A stretch of 16,632 nt of DNA from Tubiluchus corallicola (lineage: Eukaryota > Animalia > Priapulida), in the NCBI GenBank assembly GCA_030141605.1, contig JAQGDQ010002504.1, positions 1 to 16,632 on the forward strand, given 5' to 3'. Positions within the stretch are counted from its first letter, which is position 1, and the number at the start of each line of letters is the position of its first letter. Below are positions 1 through 9,678 of this stretch, piece by piece. The position numbers were made by a program, and so were the translations under genes. The notes below the pieces were generated by a model that saw only the letters and a list, made by a program, of their open reading frames with translations, did no database searches and was not told the origin of the DNA.

Positions 1-1
1 C

Positions 2-3000
2 ATCGTAGATGTATTAGGACATGCACCATATTATAAAACCTCTATATATCTGTATAACAGTATCAACGACTTGCAGCAAAGCAACGTAGGGGTGTATGAC
101 CAAGCTGCCATAGAAAAGAATGTAGAAAGTGCAACAAAAAAATCACTGGAAATAGCATTTCCAGGAAGCTTTGAAGCATTCCAAAAACAACTACTTTATA
201 AAACCTCTCTAAAGTTCATCAAAAAAATTGTATTAGGTGGCGGAACATTTGACCAATCTAAAGATTTGGTGAGTAACAAATATGCCTCTAGTTGGTTCAT
301 ACAGGGTGCCGCTAGTTACATAGCTGAAGAGTGGAGCTTAGAAATGGACGACTATGTAAGAGATCTAGTTTCTCAAAGAAAAATAAAAAAGCTCTCTAAA
401 TATTGGGGAGAAGATGCAAGATTGTTAGGACATGCATTCTGGTTTTTCATAGCAGAAACATATGGGGAACGATATGTTTTTTGGTCCTAAACATGTGCAA
501 AATACTACGCAATGATGAAAAGGCTATTACCCACTCATTAGGAATTCCTATGAGCGAATTTTTAAATCGACTGGAGATTTTTTACAGAGAATACTCGCTA
601 CCTTTGGACACTACATATACCTACGTGGGAGATATGGATAATGTTCAAGAAATTGTAAAGAAAAAATTAAAAAAAGAAACAGAAAATTTTTTTTTCACAA
701 ACGTTAAAATCAACCCAGACTCTTCACTTATTGCATATGCAGAAAACAACCAAGGAGTGTGTAAAGTTTTTATAGAAAACATAATCACAGGAAAGAGAAA
801 AAGGGTATTGAAATTTGGCACAAAGCTTGTCAGGCAAGAGATATTTTACAACTCTCCCCTACTGTCTTGGAAAAACCAATCTCAATTAGGAATCATTGGA
901 AGCTATAATTCAAAATTATATTTTTGGTCATATGATATTGAAAGAAAAAGGAGCAAAAAAATAAATATTAATAATCTAAATAACATTTTAAGTTTTAGTT
1001 ACATCCCATCATCTAATGTAGCAGTTGTCAGCGCGTCAAAAAACAACAAAAATGACCTGTTTCTGTTAAACTTAGATAATGGCTATACGAAAAATTTAAC
1101 CAACGACCCCTTTGACAACTTACATCCAACTGCCATACCCAATACTTCTTTAGTAGTTTTCAGCTCCAACAGAAATCAACAAGAGAGTAACATTAAAGGC
1201 TATTACATTGACTCATTAGATTTGTTTAATTTATACTTAATAGATATACGAAAGCCAAAGGATGGCGTAATTAAAATAACAAATTCTCTTGGGAATGACT
1301 TCGCTCCATTGGCTATAAACAAACGAGAAATATACTATTTGAGCGATCAAAAAGGAATACAAAACCTATACAAATATAACATACAAAGCAAAACCTCTCA
1401 GCAAATTAGTAATTTCAACAAAAGCATAATAGACTATGATATTTCTGCTAATAAACAAACATTTGCATTCACGATGTTAGATGAACAGCAACGAAAGCTA
1501 TTTTGCATTCAAAATTCTAATTTTAATCAATCTTTCAATAACCAAACAACTAAAAGAGTGAGCTATTTAATAGGTCAAGAAGACAAATACAAAAAAAGAA
1601 AAGAACAATTAGATTTAGAAGCAGAAAAAATAAAAGAACAGGTAAAAATGGACTCCTTGAAAACAATCTATTTCAATGAACAAATATTGCTGCCTGATCA
1701 CAATTACCCCTTAGATGAGTTAGATAATATAATATCAAGTTTTGAGATGAAAAAACCAACAAATGCAGATGATACCCATACCTTGTCTACCATTTCCTCT
1801 GTTCCTATACCTAAAGATGATGAGAATGAAAACAAACAAACTAAGAATCAATCAAAACCAACTACCCCGTCATATTTTCAAGTAGAAAACTTTACCTTTT
1901 CCATAGATGAGCCAACAGCTAAAAACAAAAAAAAGTATAACTTTTTAACCGATTACAGAAAAGTAAACCAACAAGACAACAGCAGCGTTATCATTGGTCC
2001 TATGCCTTTTGTATTAAAATTCAAAACTGCATCACTAAGCAATGAAATGTTAATGCACCCTTACCTTGGTTTTGCTTTTTATCCTCAAATACAACTACAT
2101 GATGAGTTAGAGAACCACGTGTTAACAGCAGGAATTACTATTCCTATAGCAGGTATGTTCTCAAAATCACAAGGATTAATGTTTACAGAATACGAGTTTT
2201 TAAAATATAGAACTGACTTTTCATTAAGATATTATAGACAAAGTTTTAACCTTCCAGCTCCCCCAGGAAACTATTATACACAAAAATATATATTGGACAA
2301 AATCACGTTAGGCTCTTCATACCCACTGAATTTAAAAAACAAACTATGGTTTAATTCTCATCTAAACTTTACAACTTTTTACAATAACGACCCCAATATA
2401 TATACAGGAGGAGTATTAACAGCTGACAATATTTTAAAAACCAACTACTTAGGAATTGATCTTGGATATACTTTTGATAATGTCATCGTAGAAGATTTTG
2501 CTTTATTGCACGGAACAAGGATAAACCTACAAGTAACCAACTATTTTGGAAAAAGTAGAGAAAAAAACTTTTCAGAAATTTCTGCAACTATCAAAAAATA
2601 TCAAAGAATCACTAGAGGAAGCCTATTGGTTACCAAAGTATTTTATGGCAATTTCTTTGGTAACTCTCCTAAAAACTTCCTATTAGGAGAAGTAGACAAC
2701 TCCCTCTTTTTCAAAATAAACTATGACGGAGAAAATAACCCTTTGGTGTTAGACTCCGAAGTCGTTAATGATAATATTTTCTTTTCAAAGTTTGTTAACA
2801 TAAGAGGTTTTGATTATAACGCTATGTATGGTAATGAGGTATTAGTATGTGCCAATGAATTAAAGATTTTTCCAGTCAAAACAATTACAAACAACTACAT
2901 AAAAAGCAATTTTTTAAGACATTGGCAAATTATAGGTTTTTTTGAAATTGGATCTTCTTGGACAGGTATCTCGCCTTTTAAAGAAGAAAACGGCTTAAAT

Positions 3001-3198
3001 ACATATGACAAGCACTTTGAAAGCTCTCCCTTTAGCGCCACCGTTTATAATTATATGTTCCCTTGGATTTACTCATATGGAGGCGGAACAAAGTTCTTCC
3101 TATTTGGGTATTATTTGAGCGTAGACATCGCTTTTCCAAATTATAATAGAGAGCCTCAAGGAATTTTTTGGCACATAAGCCTATCTAAAGAATTATAA
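2..3198 (+). CDS. TolB-like/PD40 beta-propeller protein with N-terminal peptidase-like domain and C-terminal Omp85 (BamA-type) barrel; 5'-truncated, one frameshift near 477-482
   Basis: Frame 2 is open from position 2 (IVDVLGHAPYYKTSIYLYNSINDLQQSNVG...WFIQGAASYIAEEWS...GHAFWFFIAETYG). Adding one T to the T6 run at 477-482 joins it to frame 1 (YVFLVLNMCKILRN...). PD40-like blades include VVFSSNR, AVVSASKNNKNDLFLLNL and IYYLSDQKGIQNLYKY. The Omp85 loop-6 motif IRGF is at 2800-2811, followed by amphipathic beta-strands to the C-terminus. Confidence 0.8.
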
Positions 3199-3252
3199 CT
3201 TTTAATCAACTCTTTACAAAAAATAATAGAGCTAAAAAATTAACTAAATTCT

Positions 3253-3284
3253 TTTGTGAAAATATATTAGAAATATTAATTTTG
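3253..3284 (+). promoter_or_regulatory. Bacteroidota primary-sigma promoter (-33/-7) for the alpha-2-macroglobulin gene
   Basis: TTTG at 3253-3256, 20-nt spacer, TAATTTTG (TAnnTTTG) at 3277-3284, 40 nt upstream of ATG 3325. Confidence 0.75.
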
Positions 3285-3324
3285 CTACATTCAATGTTTT
3301 TTTAACCAAATCTGCATATACATC

Positions 3325-6300
3325 ATGGATACAATACGTAAGCTGAAATTACTTCCCCCCTTAACAGTGCTTGCTCTTATTTTAACCTTTGCAATATCTA
3401 CAAATTGTACAAAAGAAACAAGTAATGTCTTTGACTTCAAAGATTACATATCTGCCTACACATCTGGAGTTGTATCAACATATACCCCCATACAACTCAA
3501 AATAATAGACGGTCTTCTAAAAGAAAACATTCAAATAAAAGAAAAGTTGCCCTCTGATGTATTCTCTATTACCCCCTCAACAAAAGGAGACCTTTATTTG
3601 AAACAAAATAATATTTTAGAATTTCGCCCTGCCACTAAACTTAAAAGCGGAGAAACATACACAATAGAAGCTAAACTATCAAAACTAATTGATAACATTA
3701 GCAAAGAACACTCCTCTTTTGTCTTTTCGTTTGAAACTATTAAACAAGATTATTCAATAGAAATGTTAGGATTCAAACCCATTGATGAGGAGGACTTAGA
3801 GAAAAATGAAGCCTTTGGAACAATCAGCACCGCAGATAAAGTATCCAGTGACGACATCAAGAAAATGATAACTGCGCATCAATCAGGCAAACCCCTTGAT
3901 ATAAATATTGAACCAATAGGAAAAAATGACTATGCGTTTTTAGTTAAAAACGTAGCTCGTTATAAAGATAAAAATACAAGCCTGCACATAAAATGCAATG
4001 GAAGTGTAATTAACGCTTCAAATAAAAACATAGATTTTACATTAGAAAAAATAGGAGAATTTAGAGTGCTAAACACAAAAAAGGTAGGCAACAAAATACA
4101 AATATTATTTTCACACCCATTGCTAAAAGATCAAAATATAAAAGGTTTTGTAGAATTAATAGACGTAACATCATCATCCAAAAACACCACCACCACACAA
4201 TATTCCATAGACAAAAACATTTTAACCCTTTACCCTCCCCCAAAACAAAAAAAATATAAACTTATTGTTTATCAAGGCATTAAAAACAACATGCAACAGC
4301 CCACAACCGAAGACTACACATATAATATATCTATATCCCCTACAAAGCCCACTGCAATATTCTCAAAAGAGGGTAACATTTTAGTGCCACAAGCAAAAAA
4401 AATCCTCTTACCCATAAGTACACAGGCACTTAAAGGTGTAAGGGTTAGAATTGTCAAAATATTTGAAAATAATATCATTCAATTTTTTCAAAATAACAAC
4501 TTTGGAAACTCTTTAGGAAGTTCATGGATGGGCAGACCCATATTTGAAAAAGAGTTTATGTTCCAACAATCTATTAACGAGTTGAAAAAATGGCAAAATC
4601 ACTCGCTTGACCTAACCCCATATATAAATATTGACCCCGGAGCTATATATGACATTCAATTAAGTTTTGACCCTAAACACGCTATCACTGATTGCATAAA
4701 TGAAGAAACCCCGATGGAAATTTCACAAGAAGAGAATGATTTCTCTGATTGGGATGCTTTTTCAAAAAGGGGGTACAATAGTAATATTTATTATGGGGAT
4801 TACTACCCTAATGGGTTTAAGTGGGGAGAGAAAAACAACCCATGCCATGTGTCTTACTACAACAGAAGAAATTATCCCCATCAACAAGTCATGGCTTCGC
4901 ATTTGGGCATAATTGCAAAACAAGGAAAAGATAAAATAACGCATGTTGTTGTTAATGATTTAAATACCTCCCTTCCTATTAGCAATGCAAAAGTTAATTT
5001 ATACGACTTTCAACAGCAACTTGTGGGAGAAGGTCAAACAGACAACAATGGGTTTGCGAATGTCAGTACTTCAAGAAAACCTTTCTTTATAATAGTAGAA
5101 AAAGAAGGTTACAAAGGGTATTTGAAAGTTTATGATACAAATACTCTATCGCTCAGCTCATTTGACATAGCAGGTCGCTCATACCAAAAAAATATCAAAG
5201 GTATGATATATGGAGAAAGAGGAGTTTGGCGACCTGGCGATTCACTACATTTAAGCTTTATTTTGGAAGACAAACACAAAAATTTTCCTCAAAACCACCC
5301 TATAGTATTCAAATTGTTAGACCCCAACTATCAACTGGTAGATAAAATTGTGCAAAAGAAAAATGATATTGGACATTATGCTTTTAAAACAGTTACTGAC
5401 ACCGAAGCCCTAACAGGCGTTTGGACAGCAAAAATAGATATAGGAAATGTGTCATTCAGCCAACCAGTAAGAATTGAAAACATCAAACCCAATAGGTTAA
5501 GTATTAACATAAAATATCCCGATGTTTTGCTTACATATGATAACCAAAAAATAATTTTAGAATCTCAATGGCTACATGGCGGCATTTCATCTAACTTAAA
5601 GGCAAATGTAACGCGCCGCATCTCCAGCGTAACTTCAAGTATTTTTCCTAAATTTAGTAATTACACTTTTTCAGACCCATCAAAGAAAATTAAAAAATTT
5701 ACCACTGTTATATTTGACGATGTGCTGGATAGCAAAGGTAAAGCAACAATAAATACTAATATAGGAAAAAACATTAAAGCACCAGGGCTCTTACAAGTAA
5801 CATACGAAACAAAAGTGTTTGAGCAAGGGGGAGATTTTAGCACCAACTACAGCACAGCAATCTATTCTCCCCACAATAGATATGTCGGCTTTCACTTAGA
5901 AAAAGATAAAGAAATTGGAGAAAAAAATGGTATAATCTCTGATAAAGAGCACGTTATAAATATCGTTTCTGTAGATAAACAAGGCAACTTGGTAAACGCA
6001 GAAGTACAAGTAGAAATATTTAGAGTAAATTGGCATTGGTGGTGGAGCATAGATAATTCCAACGAAAATTTAGCTCTTTTTAGAGATGGAAAATATGAAA
6101 AACGAGTTTTTTCTAAAAACGTAAGAATACAAAATGGACGTGGAAAAGCAACATTTAATCTTGGAAAAACCTATGGAACATATTTTATTTTAGTAAAAGA
6201 TGCCAACGGAAAAGCAAGCGCTGGAGAGATGATTGTAGCAGATTATGGAGGAAGGTCAGTGTCTAAAGTTAACCAAAAGGCTAACTCTTTTCTGCTTTTT

Positions 6301-8898
6301 TCTCCTGATAAAGAAGAGTACAAAGTAGGAGAAAGAGCCAAAATATCTATTCCTTCTGCCAATATAGGAAATGTATTAGTAAGCCTAGAAAACGCCAATG
6401 GCGTAGTAAGTACCAAGTGGATAAAAATGCAAGATAAGCAAACAGATATTTTTGTAGACATCACACCTGAAATGATCCCAAATGCTTATGTACATTTAAC
6501 GCTCCTGCAACCATTTGAACAAACAGTAAATGACTTGCCTATTAGAATGTATGGAGTGACAAACCTAAATGTAATTGATGAAAAAACAAAGCTCACTCCT
6601 AAAATAATAACTCCCAATGAGGTTGAGCCAGAACAATATTACAATGTTACGGTATCAGAAGAAAAAGGGCGCCCAATGTCTTACACCTTGGCTGTGGTAG
6701 ATGAAGGATTGCTAGGACTAACGAATCATAAAGTTCCAAATCCTTGGGAAAAATTCTATCAAAAAGAAGCGTTAAGTGTCAAAACTTGGGATATGTACTC
6801 TCTTGTAATGCAAGCTTCAAGTGGTGTTATTGGCAATATATTAGCCATAGGAGGAAGTGACGCCCTTTTAGGGCTTGATGCATTAAATGGCGAAAAAGCA
6901 AATAGATTTAAGCCCGTAGTTAATTTTATAGGGCCTGTTAAACTAAAAAAAGGAAAGAAAAACACACACAAGATAAAAATGCCAAACTACATTGGCAAGG
7001 TAAGAGTAATGGTAGTTGCAACCAATGCAAATGGAGGGTATGGAGCTACTGAAACTTCAATGGAAGTAAGCAAACCATTAATGGCATTGGGAACATTGCC
7101 ACGGGTTTTGAGCCCCAATGAAGAAGTAAACATGCCTGTTAATCTGTTCATTAAAGATAAAAACATCAAAAATGTAAAAGTAGAAGTACTCCCCAATAAT
7201 TTGTTTTCTGCAAGCGGCTCTACAATACAAAATAAGTCTGTAAATGGAAAAGATGAGTTAATTACTTACTTTAAATTAAAAACTCTCAAAAAAATAGGCA
7301 TAGGAAAAGTAAAAATAGTAGCAAGCTGTCCACAAGACACATCTATTTATGAAGTTGAAATGAATGTTCGATTGCCAAATAGTAAGGTAACAAAAACAAA
7401 AGAAACTAACATTGCAAGCAATTCAAAATGGAGCTTTACATATACCCCAATAGGGATAAAAGGTACCCAAAAAGCTACATTGGAAGTGGCACAAATACGC
7501 CCAATAAACCTAAGCAGCCGATTAGAATACTTGATAAATTACCCTTACGGATGTATTGAACAAACTACTTCTTCTGTTTTTCCTCAACTATATTTATCTG
7601 ATATCGTAGAACTAAGTGATGCACAAAAAAAAGAAATCGTAGAAAACGTTCAACAAGGAATAAAAGAAATAGGTTTATTTGCGACAGACGACGGTGGGTT
7701 AGCATATTGGAAAGGCAACAGTAATGTATCAGAATGGGGGACCACATACGCCTTGCATTTCCTCATGGAGGCAGAGAAAAAAGGCTATGAAGTATCCGAA
7801 AATCTCAAAAAAAACATAATAGATTTTCAATGGAAAACAGCTAATGAATACAAGAAACATCGCTATTTTGATAGCTACTTACAACAAGCATATAGACTTT
7901 ATAGCTTAGCATTAGCTGGGCAAGAAAATCTGGGAGTCATGAATAGGTTGTATGCAAAAGCAGATAAACTCTCCAACAAGGCAAGATTTACTCTTGCAGC
8001 AGCATACGCTTTGATAGGAAAAGAAACAACTGCACAAAAACTTATTCAATTCCAAAATCACGATGTTGAGGAGTATAGCGTTTATAGGTCTCATACATTT
8101 GGTTCTGCTTTGCGGGATAAAGGGATGATATTAAACGCATTGACTTTGTTAGGTGACATTGACGCTAGTAAAGAACTATATGACATTATTGCGAATGAAT
8201 TAAATAGTGACGCATGGTATAGCACACAAACCATAGCTTTCTGTCTACTAGCAACAAGCAAGTTTATAGAAAAAACATCTACGAAAGAAGATTTAAATTT
8301 TAGCTATGAAATAGCAGGGAAAAAACAAACTATAAAGCGAAAAAGCAAAATTCATCAAATAGACATAACAGACAAAGGCGAAATAAACATAACAAATCAC
8401 CAAAAAGGAGTGCTGTTTGCAAAATTAATCTATTCTGGCATTCCTCTGGAGAATGATGTTTCTCCTGAGAGGAAAGGAATTAGTTTAGATGTTAAGTACA
8501 CAACATTAGAAGGCGACTTCATAAACCATAAAAACATAAAACAAGGAAGTGATTTTGTCGCCACTATCACCATTACCAACACTAGCCAATATGGCGGTGT
8601 TGATTATACAAACTTAGCATTATCCTACCTTGTTCCATCAGGGTGGGAAATCATCAATACACGCCTAAACATGGAGCCAACATTGAGGCAAACAAACAAA
8701 TCTTCTTACACTGACATTAAAGACGACAGAGTATATATATTCTTTGATTTAAAATCCAGAGAAAGAAAAACATTTTCTATACTATTGAATGCAACATATG
8801 AAGGAGAATATCTATTGCCAAATGTAAGTTGCTCCGCAATGTATGATGATAATGTTAGGGCGTTACAGCCTGGCGACTTTGTAAAGGTAACTAAATAA
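3325..8898 (+). CDS. yfhM: Bacterial alpha-2-macroglobulin (YfhM-like), probable lipoprotein, 1857 aa
   Basis: Thioester motif YPYGCIEQTTS (CIEQ at 7552-7563). Family motifs ERGVWRPGD, TLAVVDEGLLGLT, ANRFKPVV, DIKDDRVYIFFDL and SAMYD. Basic plus hydrophobic N-terminus ending in a lipobox-like ISTN-C28. Confidence 0.95.
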   Translation: MDTIRKLKLLPPLTVLALILTFAISTNCTKETSNVFDFKDYISAYTSGVVSTYTPIQLKIIDGLLKENIQIKEKLPSDVFSITPSTKGDLYLKQNNILEFRPATKLKSGETYTIEAKLSKLIDNISKEHSSFVFSFETIKQDYSIEMLGFKPIDEEDLEKNEAFGTISTADKVSSDDIKKMITAHQSGKPLDINIEPIGKNDYAFLVKNVARYKDKNTSLHIKCNGSVINASNKNIDFTLEKIGEFRVLNTKKVGNKIQILFSHPLLKDQNIKGFVELIDVTSSSKNTTTTQYSIDKNILTLYPPPKQKKYKLIVYQGIKNNMQQPTTEDYTYNISISPTKPTAIFSKEGNILVPQAKKILLPISTQALKGVRVRIVKIFENNIIQFFQNNNFGNSLGSSWMGRPIFEKEFMFQQSINELKKWQNHSLDLTPYINIDPGAIYDIQLSFDPKHAITDCINEETPMEISQEENDFSDWDAFSKRGYNSNIYYGDYYPNGFKWGEKNNPCHVSYYNRRNYPHQQVMASHLGIIAKQGKDKITHVVVNDLNTSLPISNAKVNLYDFQQQLVGEGQTDNNGFANVSTSRKPFFIIVEKEGYKGYLKVYDTNTLSLSSFDIAGRSYQKNIKGMIYGERGVWRPGDSLHLSFILEDKHKNFPQNHPIVFKLLDPNYQLVDKIVQKKNDIGHYAFKTVTDTEALTGVWTAKIDIGNVSFSQPVRIENIKPNRLSINIKYPDVLLTYDNQKIILESQWLHGGISSNLKANVTRRISSVTSSIFPKFSNYTFSDPSKKIKKFTTVIFDDVLDSKGKATINTNIGKNIKAPGLLQVTYETKVFEQGGDFSTNYSTAIYSPHNRYVGFHLEKDKEIGEKNGIISDKEHVINIVSVDKQGNLVNAEVQVEIFRVNWHWWWSIDNSNENLALFRDGKYEKRVFSKNVRIQNGRGKATFNLGKTYGTYFILVKDANGKASAGEMIVADYGGRSVSKVNQKANSFLLFSPDKEEYKVGERAKISIPSANIGNVLVSLENANGVVSTKWIKMQDKQTDIFVDITPEMIPNAYVHLTLLQPFEQTVNDLPIRMYGVTNLNVIDEKTKLTPKIITPNEVEPEQYYNVTVSEEKGRPMSYTLAVVDEGLLGLTNHKVPNPWEKFYQKEALSVKTWDMYSLVMQASSGVIGNILAIGGSDALLGLDALNGEKANRFKPVVNFIGPVKLKKGKKNTHKIKMPNYIGKVRVMVVATNANGGYGATETSMEVSKPLMALGTLPRVLSPNEEVNMPVNLFIKDKNIKNVKVEVLPNNLFSASGSTIQNKSVNGKDELITYFKLKTLKKIGIGKVKIVASCPQDTSIYEVEMNVRLPNSKVTKTKETNIASNSKWSFTYTPIGIKGTQKATLEVAQIRPINLSSRLEYLINYPYGCIEQTTSSVFPQLYLSDIVELSDAQKKEIVENVQQGIKEIGLFATDDGGLAYWKGNSNVSEWGTTYALHFLMEAEKKGYEVSENLKKNIIDFQWKTANEYKKHRYFDSYLQQAYRLYSLALAGQENLGVMNRLYAKADKLSNKARFTLAAAYALIGKETTAQKLIQFQNHDVEEYSVYRSHTFGSALRDKGMILNALTLLGDIDASKELYDIIANELNSDAWYSTQTIAFCLLATSKFIEKTSTKEDLNFSYEIAGKKQTIKRKSKIHQIDITDKGEINITNHQKGVLFAKLIYSGIPLENDVSPERKGISLDVKYTTLEGDFINHKNIKQGSDFVATITITNTSQYGGVDYTNLALSYLVPSGWEIINTRLNMEPTLRQTNKSSYTDIKDDRVYIFFDLKSRERKTFSILLNATYEGEYLLPNVSCSAMYDDNVRALQPGDFVKVTK

Positions 8899-9081
8899 TA
8901 ATCAGAGAAAATAGAACCATTGAACAATTTATATCATTTTGGTGTTTATACAATAAACTATAGCGTTCCTTTCAAAGGATAATAAGAAATACCTATAGTA
9001 TTTTGTTTTTTTTAGAAAAAAAATAATTGCCTTGAGGTTACCATTTATATTAATTTAGAATAAACAAGTAAGAAAGAAGGT

Positions 9082-9678
9082 ATGAGGAAAATGAAAGATG
9101 AGGAGATTTTAAAAAAAATAAGAGAAGGAGATGAAAGTGCTTTAGATTATCTTTATAAAAAGCATTTTAGTTTAATGACAAAAATTGTTTTACGAAATAG
9201 AGGGTCAGAAGATGATGCAAAAGATATTTTTCAAGAAGCACTAATTGTGTTTTGGAAGCAGGTAATTCAAGGTAAATTTATTCTGCGCGCTAAAATATCT
9301 ACCTTTTTGTACGGAGTTTGTCATAACTTGTGGATGAAGGAAGTAGTGAGTAGAAAAAGGTATATAATACAAGATACAAATAATAATATTATAATAGATG
9401 ATTCAAATGATGATAATGCTGATGACAGTGAAACTGAAGAAAAAATAAAAGTAATACAAGAAGGGTTAAAGAAAATGAGCGACGTGTGTAAGCGCATTCT
9501 ACAATATTATTATTTTGACCAGTTATCCATGGACATGATAGCAAAAAAAATGGGCTATGTTACTACTAACGTAGCAAAAACAAAAAAATATAAGTGTAAA
9601 AGAAAATTAGACCTATACATAAAAGCTAAATTAAAACAAAAGGATGATATTGAAACAGCATTAAAACTCAAAGACTAA
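9082..9678 (+). CDS. ECF-type sigma-70 factor, 198 aa (alternative ATG at 9091)
   Basis: Region 2: ALDYLY...DAKDIFQEALIVFW...STFLYGVCHNLW. Region 4: CKRILQYYYFDQLSMDMIAKKMGY...AKTKKYKCKRKL. Confidence 0.93.
   Translation: MRKMKDEEILKKIREGDESALDYLYKKHFSLMTKIVLRNRGSEDDAKDIFQEALIVFWKQVIQGKFILRAKISTFLYGVCHNLWMKEVVSRKRYIIQDTNNNIIIDDSNDDNADDSETEEKIKVIQEGLKKMSDVCKRILQYYYFDQLSMDMIAKKMGYVTTNVAKTKKYKCKRKLDLYIKAKLKQKDDIETALKLKD

Noticed and set aside
31-208. 13-bp direct repeat TTATAAAACCTCT at 31-43 and 196-208
   Set aside because: Only two copies, AT-rich and both inside coding sequence (YKTS). Not a CRISPR repeat or target-site duplication.
477-482. Programmed ribosomal frameshifting at this and the other breaks
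   Set aside because: No consistent slippery heptamer with a stimulatory structure, and the breaks hit unrelated genes in a shared deletion pattern.
71-490. ORFs starting at 71 and 403 as two separate genes
   Set aside because: Frame 2 is open from position 2 and the two frames join at the T6 run. The MGRRCK... leader of the 403 ORF is out-of-frame sequence.
4061-8927. Short antisense and alternate-frame ORFs within the macroglobulin gene
   Set aside because: They are 60-73 aa shadows of a long, well-supported CDS, with no motifs.
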